A stretch of DNA of 64,000 nt from IMG/VR virus record IMGVR_UViG_3300017700_000931, positions 224,001 to 288,000 of that record, one strand, 5' to 3'. The position numbers and the translations under genes were made by a program. Numbering within the stretch: the stretch's first letter is position 1; each line of letters begins with the position of its first letter. The DNA comes from a virus (Duplodnaviria > Caudoviricetes). The notes beneath the pieces were generated by a model. The model worked only from the letters and a program-made list of their open reading frames with translations. It did not search any database and was not told the DNA's origin. Positions 38,555 to 47,011 of this stretch are shown in pieces.

Positions 38555-38872
38555 AACTTTTTTGGTTTTTAATTAATAATGATGTGACAAATATAATAGG
38601 ATATTTTTAATTGACCAAATAATATTATAATTATTTTCGTCAAAGTTATTAACAATTTAGAAATTCGTAGTGTTTTTGCCGGGTTCAGGAGCATTCTTTT
38701 TTATTACTAGGAACGCATTGCCGAAAATATTGCTAGTGAATCCAACAATAATATGTTCACCCTTTGGAGTGTCAACAACCAAATTTCCTTTTGGGTCAAT
38801 CGAAAGTTGTGAAAGTTCTTTGTTATGGTTCATAATAATATTATTTTGATAAAGGGCTTTAAAGCCCTTTGG

Positions 38873-39130
38873 TTAAGTGTGAATTACAAATCTGCTCTCT
38901 GACCCATAATACGAATATAATAACGGGTAAGTATTGCTAATCTCACTCAAATATCTCACTTCAATGTTAATGGTTGCACCATCCTTGCAAATTGCTTTAT
39001 ACTTGTTGTGCAAGTGTTCCAAGGCTAATTGAATTAAGTTTACATCGGTTTCCTTTAACACCGTATCAAATACAACTGGTTTCCCATCGGTTTTAACTTC
39101 AACACTTACTTTTAGAATATCGTTTTTCAT
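38873..39130 (-). CDS. Hypothetical early protein
   Basis: 85 aa, cassette leader. Confidence 0.7.
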   Translation of the reverse strand: MKNDILKVSVEVKTDGKPVVFDTVLKETDVNLIQLALEHLHNKYKAICKDGATINIEVRYLSEISNTYPLLYSYYGSESRFVIHT

Positions 39131-39179
39131 AGTTGGTTACATTCATTGGTTTGATAAGGGGTATTAACCCCTATTATTA

Positions 39180-39620
39180 TTATTTTACATTATATTCAAT
39201 AATTCTTAAACTTTTGAATGGCGCACCAGTAACCGACATACCACCACTCGAATTTGTTTTAAGAATTTCAAGGTGACAAGGAATAAAACCAGTTGACTTA
39301 CCTACAATAAATCTTCTCTTTTCTCCGTATTTGTCAACAACCTCAACTCTGTGACCTTCTTTACCAATTAATTCAGGTATTAACTGGGACTGACTTCTCC
39401 AACCAGTTTTATCATTTCTATCACTAGCAATTTTTACTAAATTAGTATAATTGGTGTATGCTTTTTTTGTACCTTTTTTCTTTGGAATTAAATCCTCCAT
39501 TCCAAGTTCTTTGGCTAAGGCAATGGTTCTATCCTGACATACATCAAAACCAAGGCAAGTGAATCCACTACCACAATTTAATACAAATAACTGTTGTTCT
39601 TTATTTATTGAATTTAACAT
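39180..39620 (-). CDS. Conserved-looking phage hypothetical protein
   Basis: Start placed at MLNSINK; C-terminal RRFIVGKSTGFIPCHLE. Confidence 0.75.
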   Translation of the reverse strand: MLNSINKEQQLFVLNCGSGFTCLGFDVCQDRTIALAKELGMEDLIPKKKGTKKAYTNYTNLVKIASDRNDKTGWRSQSQLIPELIGKEGHRVEVVDKYGEKRRFIVGKSTGFIPCHLEILKTNSSGGMSVTGAPFKSLRIIEYNVK

Positions 39621-39876
39621 ATCTAATAGTTTTAGTTTGACAGGACAAATATAATACAATATTTGATATAAACCAAATTATTTGTATTCTTTTTTAAAAT
39701 AAGTTTTTAACTCAGCTAATGTGAATAACTTTTGGTATTGTGTACATTGTGTTCTATAACCCCCATCCACCGGAATGACGTTATCAGACTTTAACCATTT
39801 GTTGAATTCTTTCATAGGATAAAGGAGGTCTTTCGACCTCCCTTGTAACTTGGTAATGAATTTGTACATTCCATAC

Positions 39877-40188
39877 CTAAGCCTTGTTTTTAATCTCAGT
39901 CCATTCACCGTTCCACTCTGTGCCGTTCAAATACCATGTACCTTGACGTTGGCTAATTCTTACGTTAGGTAGGCCGTTCAAACGCTCCTTAGTGGTGTTA
40001 CTTTTCCAACCTGCATTTGTAATGCTTAGTTTGGACTTTGTTAGACTGGTCAATTCTCTTTTTGCAATTACATTGCCATGCAATAAAAGTGTTGTAACTT
40101 TATCAGAAACTTCAACACTCATGTTCGCTTTTTTGAAAGGAGTCCCAGTCAAAAATGCCTCAATACTTTCTTCAGTAATTTTTTTCAT
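39877..40188 (-). CDS. Hypothetical early protein
   Basis: Start placed at MKKITEES; AGWKSNTTKERLNG. Confidence 0.75.
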   Translation of the reverse strand: MKKITEESIEAFLTGTPFKKANMSVEVSDKVTTLLLHGNVIAKRELTSLTKSKLSITNAGWKSNTTKERLNGLPNVRISQRQGTWYLNGTEWNGEWTEIKNKA

Positions 40189-40285
40189 AATGGTTACGTT
40201 TATTAGTTTGACAATACAAATATAATACAATATTTGATATAAACCAAATTATTTGTAATTATTTTTGATAAAGGGTTTTACCCCC

Positions 40286-40543
40286 TTACCATGCTTCCCC
40301 GTCACCAATAAATAATTTACCATTCTGGAAACTTGGCTCATATTCTTTATGGTCTGCAACCATATCACCAGTTTCATAGAATGTACTTAAATCAGCTAAT
40401 TCTAATTCGTGACAAACACAAACAACAAAGGTATCCCCACCATGTATAGGGTGTTCAACAAATTGAATTTTCTGACCTAATGAATTAACCATTTCACTGT
40501 AAACAGTTGGGTTCAATTCCATTAATTTTTTATAGTTTAACAT
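40286..40543 (-). CDS. Hypothetical early protein
   Basis: Start placed at MLNYKKL. Confidence 0.65.
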   Translation of the reverse strand: MLNYKKLMELNPTVYSEMVNSLGQKIQFVEHPIHGGDTFVVCVCHELELADLSTFYETGDMVADHKEYEPSFQNGKLFIGDGEAW

Positions 40544-40577
40544 GGTATAGAATTTAGTTTGACAATAGAATATTATT

Positions 40578-40778
40578 TTAACTACATTGACAAGTTCCAT
40601 AATCACAACAACAAGTACTACTATATACTTGACAAGTGTTACACCAATTCATTTCACCAGTGTGGCATAAGTGACATATTTTAGTATGGTCATGGCATGC
40701 CTCACATAAATCAGGGTTACCATCATGTGAATTATTAACAATTGTTAATTCAATATTACAGTCTTCGCAGTGATTCAT
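40578..40778 (-). CDS. Small Cys/His-rich metal-binding protein
   Basis: Several CxxC pairs in 66 aa. Confidence 0.65.
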   Translation of the reverse strand: MNHCEDCNIELTIVNNSHDGNPDLCEACHDHTKICHLCHTGEMNWCNTCQVYSSTCCCDYGTCQCS

Positions 40779-40891
40779 ATTGGTTTAGTTTGACGATACA
40801 AATATAATACTATATTTCTAATTGACCAAATAATATTATAATTATTTTCTTATTTATACTCATTCTAAATTAAAAAATAAATGCAAAAAAG

Positions 40892-40997
40892 TTTGGTGGA
40901 ACGAAATATTATGCTTACCTTTGTCTTGTCGGTTGGAAACAGAGACAGGTCAGGTGCGACAATCCTGAGAGAGTAGACTCCGTCACGCCCTATAACC
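40892..40997 (+). ncRNA. Promoter plus candidate small RNA, copy 1 (antisense to the array)
   Basis: TTTGG...TACCTTTG promoter; shares GAGACRGGTC and TGAGAGAGTAGACTCC with copy 2; no ORF. Confidence 0.5.
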
Positions 40998-41129
40998 AAA
41001 TCCACCCATTTTAAAAAAAGCTACAAAGGTAATACTTAATTTTGATATATCCTAATTATTTAACATTTACTTATTAACACAAAAAAAGGGGTAGTTGTTG
41101 AAAACTACCCCCTCAATAATTAGGAATTC

Positions 41130-42038
41130 TTAAATTTTAATTCCGGCGTAATCTAAGGCGAATGCCAGACTTTCTTGGTTGGTACGGTAGTTTGTACCAA
41201 CTGTCAAACTCTCAATTCGACCATTCTCACGTTTTGGTGCTGACTTGTCGTGCGTTGTCCAACGGGTTACTCCCGAATGAAGTCCCCAAAGGTTTTGCCC
41301 CTTTTGGTTCATCTCAATTTCAATGGCGTTGTATAATGACTCCATCGCATTCATTGAGCGGGTTGACTTGTCAATCAATTCGCTTGTCATTGTACGGTCA
41401 AAGCCTAAAATGTGCTTTACCATTTTGTTAGCCAATTCTTTGCTAACTTTGTTCGACTGGAACGCATTGTAAATCTCAATCATTCTCAGGCTCTCAGAAA
41501 GTGACAATTCAATCAATGAAGGAATCGTAGCCATTTTTTCAACCAAGTTAGCTGAATGTCTCCATTTAGCCTGACCAGAACGGTAGAAACGAAAGAACTG
41601 GTTTTGACATGACATTGTTAAGTCACCAATACCAACTGACAATCCGGTGCTACCGTCGTTAGAGTCAATAATGGTCACATAACGTTTAATGCTATCCTCA
41701 CCAACTTTTGACATACCGTCAACGGCTAATTGAATAAACACTTTACGACCACCATCAAGCGCACCTGCTTTTGAAACTGACAACTCACCGAATTTGTTCA
41801 TTCCTGTTAATACCAGTTCAACCAATTCGTCGTTTTGACTCACCACATACGAACCTTTAACAGTATTCAGAATCTCACCGCTCTTGTCATTGTATAGACC
41901 GAAATAATCGCTCTTTACATTATCCACGCTTTGAACACCCTCTGGTGAGGTAATAATACGTGGAGCAACCAATGGCAATTTTTCAATGCGGAAATCTAAA
42001 CCGAACTGAGCTAAAATTTGTTGTGCTTTTTCTTTCAT
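41130..42038 (-). CDS. DUF932-family (phage/plasmid-like) protein
   Basis: YVVSQNDE, AGALDGGRKVFI, NDGSTG, CQNQF, NLWGLHSGVT motifs. Confidence 0.88.
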   Translation of the reverse strand: MKEKAQQILAQFGLDFRIEKLPLVAPRIITSPEGVQSVDNVKSDYFGLYNDKSGEILNTVKGSYVVSQNDELVELVLTGMNKFGELSVSKAGALDGGRKVFIQLAVDGMSKVGEDSIKRYVTIIDSNDGSTGLSVGIGDLTMSCQNQFFRFYRSGQAKWRHSANLVEKMATIPSLIELSLSESLRMIEIYNAFQSNKVSKELANKMVKHILGFDRTMTSELIDKSTRSMNAMESLYNAIEIEMNQKGQNLWGLHSGVTRWTTHDKSAPKRENGRIESLTVGTNYRTNQESLAFALDYAGIKI

Positions 42039-42208
42039 AATAAGGAGTTAATTTAAGTTAGTAATTTATTTGACTGGTACAAATATAAGATAGTATTTCC
42101 GAATAAACAAATATATTATAGTATATTTTCAATTTATTTTTAAAATCCTAACGTTTATGCGGGTTTGAGTTAGTGAAATAAAATAATACGAAAATATATG
42201 CTTTTTTA

Positions 42209-42312
42209 TTTGGTAGATTGAAATAAAGTTCTTATCTTTGTTTTGTCAGTGGTGAATAACTGAGACGGGTCGACCAGAAAAGTTGAGAGAGTAGACTCCA
42301 CTGTGCCTTATA
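42209..42312 (+). ncRNA. Promoter plus candidate small RNA, copy 2
   Basis: TTTGG...TATCTTTG promoter; same conserved blocks as copy 1. Confidence 0.5.
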
Positions 42313-42372
42313 TTTTTTTACACATGAATTTTCGACCTGTATAATATTTGACATGACCAAATAATTTACACA

Positions 42373-42405
42373 AAAGTTATTAACAATTATTTTGTTAATA
42401 ACTTT
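42373..42405. repeat. 14-bp perfect inverted repeat containing DnaA-box-like TTATTAACA
   Basis: AAAGTTATTAACAA / TTGTTAATAACTTT. Confidence 0.75.
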
Positions 42406-43016
42406 GATGAAAAAAGTTACATAAAAATTTGGTAGAACCGAATTAATGTATTATCTTTGTTATGTACATTCCATATCTGCATAAACGGCAGACAGCCACC
42501 CCCTACCCTTTACACTGGGTTTTAGGGGGTAGAGTCGTTACACCTCTTTTTTAGGGGGTACCGAAAGGAACCGTTACATACCTATGTTAATAGCCTGTTT
42601 TTGCCTTACTGCAAAGATACTAAAAATATCTGACAACTGCAAGGAATAGAGGATATTAGACCACGCTTTTTATAAAAATATAATTGCTCAAAAACTTGCA
42701 TATTTCAAAAAATTTGTGTAAAGTATTGAGCGTGTTTATGTTGTACTTCATATTTTTTAGAGGTATCCGGTGCATCACATATCCAATAAGCAGGGTTTTT
42801 GGTATAATTTACCACGATTTACCACTTTCTACCATTTAATGACAACGTGCTAACTCAAGTACAAAAAGGACGCATAACCTATCTGAATGCGGATGCCATA
42901 TTACACAAGATGTAGCACACAATGGGCCTTGAGCTGGGGTATACACAAATGTGTACTAGGGTATGTCATGGTACAGGGTGTCCTGTGGGATTTAGGGTAC
43001 ACAAATGTGTCCTTAC

Positions 43017-43253
43017 TTACTGTGACCCCCAAGCACAATAATGTTCTTCATTAACAAAAAATCCTTTAGATAGGTCTTCACCAAAATCAACGAAATTATC
43101 TTTAATATGTTCTATGGAAAAGAAGTATTGTTTAACCGGATTAGATTCATTAATTACATTATAATATAATTTACCATTAAGTGATTTAATAAATCTAGTT
43201 CCAGCTGGACAAGATGGTAAAGCCATATATAGTATTACTACATCAGGTAGCAT
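43017..43253 (-). CDS. LPxCP-family paralog 1
   Basis: ALPSCPAGTRFIKSLNGKLYYN...KQYFFS. Confidence 0.8.
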   Translation of the reverse strand: MLPDVVILYMALPSCPAGTRFIKSLNGKLYYNVINESNPVKQYFFSIEHIKDNFVDFGEDLSKGFFVNEEHYCAWGSQ

Positions 43254-43474
43254 TATAGGGATATGTATGGAGTATTATCATCGAAGAAGAAGTCATAGTT
43301 ATTGAGGATTTCTTCTCTGGTGAATGAGTAGTCTTTAAAGTTGTTATTGATTCTATCTTCATCGGATAGGATGAGATAATAGAATGATTGGTTAAGAGAT
43401 GCTTTGAAGAACATTCCGGCTGGGCAAGATGGGAGGTCTTTGAGCAGTTTAATATTTTGAGGGAATTGCATCAT
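43253..43474 (-). CDS. LPxCP-family paralog 2
   Basis: DLPSCPAGMFF...KDYSFTREEI. Confidence 0.8.
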   Translation of the reverse strand: MMQFPQNIKLLKDLPSCPAGMFFKASLNQSFYYLILSDEDRINNNFKDYSFTREEILNNYDFFFDDNTPYISL

Positions 43475-43764
43475 AAGCTACAGAATGTATTAAACCATTT
43501 GGTATGAATATCTGCTGCATCTAGTGTATTTCCAAACGTTAAAAATTCAGCACTAAAATTATGTGAGAAGAATGTTGTTATTATGTCTGGCGTAATGATT
43601 GTGGATAATTCATTAATTGAAAAAAAGTATTGTTTTATTTCATTTGAACCCTCATTATAGTAGAAGTTACCATCGATGGTTTTAATGAATGATGTACCTG
43701 CTGGGCAGTTAGGTAGTTCTTTAACTAGGGTTAATATGCTAGGTTGTATTTTAAATTGCATCAT
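43471..43764 (-). CDS. LPxCP-family paralog 3
   Basis: ELPNCPAGTSFIKTIDG. Confidence 0.8.
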   Translation of the reverse strand: MMQFKIQPSILTLVKELPNCPAGTSFIKTIDGNFYYNEGSNEIKQYFFSINELSTIITPDIITTFFSHNFSAEFLTFGNTLDAADIHTKWFNTFCSL

Positions 43765-44060
43765 AAGTTTGACCAACTCCAATTATCGGCAATATGTTTG
43801 AGAAAGCGTTCATGTGAAATATTACAATGCGTTGTATGGTGATTATTATATGCAGCATATGTAACTATTGTTGTAAAAAATGATTCTGTTACGTTTGTAC
43901 TAAGAGACTTTAATACTTCATCAATTGTAAATATATAATCCTTAATATCATTAGATGATTCATTAAAATAGAATTTATTATCTAATGATAAATAGAACTT
44001 TGTACCAACCGGACAAGATGGTAGAGACTTAAATAATATGAGTATATGAGGTAATGTCAT
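43761..44060 (-). CDS. LPxCP-family paralog 4
   Basis: SLPSCPVGTKFYLSLDN. Confidence 0.8.
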   Translation of the reverse strand: MTLPHILILFKSLPSCPVGTKFYLSLDNKFYFNESSNDIKDYIFTIDEVLKSLSTNVTESFFTTIVTYAAYNNHHTTHCNISHERFLKHIADNWSWSNL

Positions 44061-44365
44061 TCGAGGTGTAGCCAATTGCTATAGTAAGTGCGCCAAATTG
44101 CTTTATAATCTTCTCGACCAGATACGGTTTGATAAAACTCCATATTTTCATGAGTATCTTTAAATACAAAGAATGTTTTATCTAATATGGGTGACATGGC
44201 CATTAGGATTTCTTCTATTGTGAATACATATTGCTTGGTTGAATCCTCTGGGGTATTATAATACTGACTACCATCGAATGACTTAATGAACTTAGTGCCT
44301 ACTGGACAAGATGGAAGGTTCCTGTGCAATACTAGAATATGTGGTATGTATTTAGGTCTAATCAT
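44057..44365 (-). CDS. LPxCP-family paralog 5
   Basis: NLPSCPVGTKFIKSFDG. Confidence 0.8.
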   Translation of the reverse strand: MIRPKYIPHILVLHRNLPSCPVGTKFIKSFDGSQYYNTPEDSTKQYVFTIEEILMAMSPILDKTFFVFKDTHENMEFYQTVSGREDYKAIWRTYYSNWLHLE

Positions 44366-44622
44366 TATAGTGTATGATTAAAGAGTGTATCCATTATAGT
44401 AGATGAGACAATATAAGTTTTACCGAATGGTATGAAGAAATCTGGATTAGTTAGTATTTCTTCTCTAGAGAATATGTATTGTTTTTCTGATTGGGATGTT
44501 TCGTTTGTTATGTTATAGAAGAATTGCCCATCTAGGGTTATTTTGAAGATGGTTAATTTAGGGCAGCATGGCAAATCCTTGACCAATAAGGTTTCTGTGA
44601 AGGATATATCTCGTGTATTCAT
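44365..44622 (-). CDS. LPxCP-family paralog 6
   Basis: DLPCCPKLTIFKITLDG. Confidence 0.8.
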   Translation of the reverse strand: MNTRDISFTETLLVKDLPCCPKLTIFKITLDGQFFYNITNETSQSEKQYIFSREEILTNPDFFIPFGKTYIVSSTIMDTLFNHTL

Positions 44623-44661
44623 TGTTTTGTTGATGTTTGTGGTGTTATAGAAGAATAATGG

Positions 44662-45072
44662 TTATTTTAAGAAGGCAGTATGGGAAATCTGTATTCCAGA
44701 ATTAAAGCCAACACTTAATGAGTGTGACTTATTTTTTGTTTGATTAGGTTCATCCTCATATTCATCCCATTTAATATCATCGCTCATATGAAATGACTCA
44801 GGGTATCTAATCATTCGTTCCTTTATATCAGGGAATATTCTTTCCCAATCCGTTAGTACGCATCTGAACTTATAATGAATTAATGCCCCATGAAAGAAGA
44901 AGTCTGGATTATCTATTACCTCTTGTATTGTGAATGAATATTCTTTTATATTAGCTTCATCATCCGGCATGACAAGTGTATAGTGTTTTTCATCAAGGCT
45001 AAGGTTGAATTGGCTTAACCTAGGACAATTCGGTAGGCTTTTTAATAGCGTTATAGTTTTATCCAGCATCAT
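44662..45072 (-). CDS. LPxCP-family paralog 7
   Basis: SLPNCPRLSQFNLSLDE. Confidence 0.8.
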   Translation of the reverse strand: MMLDKTITLLKSLPNCPRLSQFNLSLDEKHYTLVMPDDEANIKEYSFTIQEVIDNPDFFFHGALIHYKFRCVLTDWERIFPDIKERMIRYPESFHMSDDIKWDEYEDEPNQTKNKSHSLSVGFNSGIQISHTAFLK

Positions 45073-45370
45073 GAATAGATTTGAATAGGGTGTTTAAATC
45101 AAGACCCAGCGATGTATTAAAATATTTCTCTTCTGGTACTAGAGTACCTAATGCATTAGCCCAAACTAAAAGCCTTTTGTAAGTTGTTTTATCACCCATA
45201 TAAAAGAATTCTTTATTGGATTCAACTTCATCAATTGAAAATATGTATTGCTTTGTGGTATCATCAGGTTCATTATAATAATATTTCTCATCTAATGATA
45301 GATAGAATTCTGTCCCAAGTGGACAATTAGGTAACGATTGCTTTAGCGTTATGATTTGGTGCTTACTCAT
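45059..45370 (-). CDS. LPxCP-family paralog 8
   Basis: SLPNCPLGTEFYLSLDE. Confidence 0.8.
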   Translation of the reverse strand: MSKHQIITLKQSLPNCPLGTEFYLSLDEKYYYNEPDDTTKQYIFSIDEVESNKEFFYMGDKTTYKRLLVWANALGTLVPEEKYFNTSLGLDLNTLFKSIHDAG

Positions 45371-45698
45371 TTAAAAATCTTCTTCTATGTGATGGTGAAG
45401 CACCATATATTTCATTAAAAGCATCACCTCTATCATGATGAAGCCAGATTTCTTTATTTCCATGAAAAAAGAAAGCATTATTAAATATAACCTCATTAGG
45501 CAAGAACATATATTGTTTTATATTTCCCCTCATGTCATCCTCGATGAGTGGATTATAGTAACATGATTCATCTAGTGCTAGGACGAATGATTCACCTCTT
45601 GGGCAATTGGGTAGATTAACCATAAGGATTACTTCTTTGGGCAATTCGGTTAATTGTATGTCTTCTGGTTTCATTGGTCTGCAAGCCATTTGTTTCAT
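45363..45698 (-). CDS. LPxCP-family paralog 9
   Basis: NLPNCPRGESFVLALDE. Confidence 0.8.
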   Translation of the reverse strand: MKQMACRPMKPEDIQLTELPKEVILMVNLPNCPRGESFVLALDESCYYNPLIEDDMRGNIKQYMFLPNEVIFNNAFFFHGNKEIWLHHDRGDAFNEIYGASPSHRRRFLNE

Positions 45699-46000
45699 TG
45701 GTTTAGTACTTGTATTATTTGGTTAAGCATATGATTGATTCTTTGATTGGTATTATCATGAATATCAATTTCACCACATGGGTTCATGTTATATGATATG
45801 AAGAAATCTGGATTGGTTAGGATTTCTTCCATGGTAAAGAAATATTGTTTAAACTTATCATTAATGACTTCTTCATCTGTCATTATGTGATAATACTGAC
45901 TACCATCTAATGTGGCTCTAAATTCTCGGCCACTTGGACAAGACGGTAGACTTTTACATAGGATTAGGTGGTCAGGTAATTCCATTATATGTTTGTTCAT
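45695..46000 (-). CDS. LPxCP-family paralog 10
   Basis: SLPSCPSGREFRATLDG; start placed at MNKHIMELP. Confidence 0.8.
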   Translation of the reverse strand: MNKHIMELPDHLILCKSLPSCPSGREFRATLDGSQYYHIMTDEEVINDKFKQYFFTMEEILTNPDFFISYNMNPCGEIDIHDNTNQRINHMLNQIIQVLNQ

Positions 46001-46230
46001 TAAGTAATAGTTGCTTAATAGAATACCTTCTAAAAAAACCATCAAGAAATTCTTTAAAGGCATCCTTATCACTATATATTAAAATTTGATTACCACAAAG
46101 AATAACATTATTTCTATGACGTATTTCCCACCTAATACTCATTGATGTTATAGATAATATTTTCACCTTTAATTTTAAGTTATGTTTCTTACCTACCTTA
46201 ATAATCAATTTAACCATAGATTGAGAGCTT

Positions 46231-47011
46231 TTAAAGTTTTTCATCTATCAAAGCATGCGTTAACCAGAAAGCAATTGAGGTTGCTTTGGCTAGGTTATAA
46301 TCGTTATATCTCATGAAGGCATTTTCATCCCAAGGTTCCGGCTCTGGGCTATCACCAATGAATGCTGTATTCTGCTGTATTGGTTTTATCCTGATAGGAT
46401 TTGCACATTGAAAGTAATTCATCAAGTGATTTTGACATTGGTTTTCGATTATCTGCATCAAATGCATCATAACCCCATCTACCTCTCATGAAGTTCATAA
46501 TATCTGTTGGGGTTCTGAAGATATCATCAGCTTTCTCAGTTCTTATAGCCAAACGAACATCATAACCATTTCTCTGATATTTTTCACCATCCGGCAGATA
46601 TAGTTGTTCCATTAAAGCATTTTGTGGTACTTCTGATGGCACTACAAGAAAATATGGTTTGTCGTATGTATCTGGGTGAACCTTTGATGCAATTGGGGCC
46701 AACTGGGAGTTCAGTGCTTCTTCTAGTTTGGTTAAACTTTCTTTCACCAAATCATCTAGTTTACCATACCAATTTTTATTATGTGGATTACTACCATATT
46801 CAAATTTTTCTAAGTCAATCCAATATTGATAGACAAATGAATGTGTTGGTTCGGAACAACCTGTTCTTTCGGTGATATTAGCGAATGACCAAACACCATC
46901 AGAATTGGTATGAGGTTTTAACACTAGGATATTTTCGTTTTGCATTTTTGGTGCAACCGGATTTGAACCTCTTACAGCACTTACTTCAAAATAGATGTAT
47001 TTAATCTTCAT
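46231..47011 (-). pseudogene. Gene apparently frameshifted by a 10-bp tandem duplication
   Basis: TGCTGTATT-C-TGCTGTATT at 46363-46381; removing 10 bp gives one 257-codon frame. Confidence 0.6.

Larger units (their letters stand above)
29368..42110 (-). repeat. Dispersed family of promoter / stem-loop / TCAAACTAA leader modules (about 27 copies) punctuating an early gene array
   Basis: Recurring + strand text ttagtttgac..acaaatataata...accaaa and ttagtttgata-GC hairpin. Confidence 0.92.

Noticed and set aside
34483-40230. Shared N-termini such as MYYICIVKLINVTIM, MYYICPVK, MYRQTK and MSCQTNK in the ORF track as a protein motif
   Set aside because: These are translations of the repeated promoter/leader DNA; the true starts are the downstream ATGs.
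29368-42110. CRISPR array or true integron
   Set aside because: The repeats are promoter/leader motifs separated by whole genes rather than 30-40-nt spacers, and no cas, integrase or other recombinase gene is in the window.
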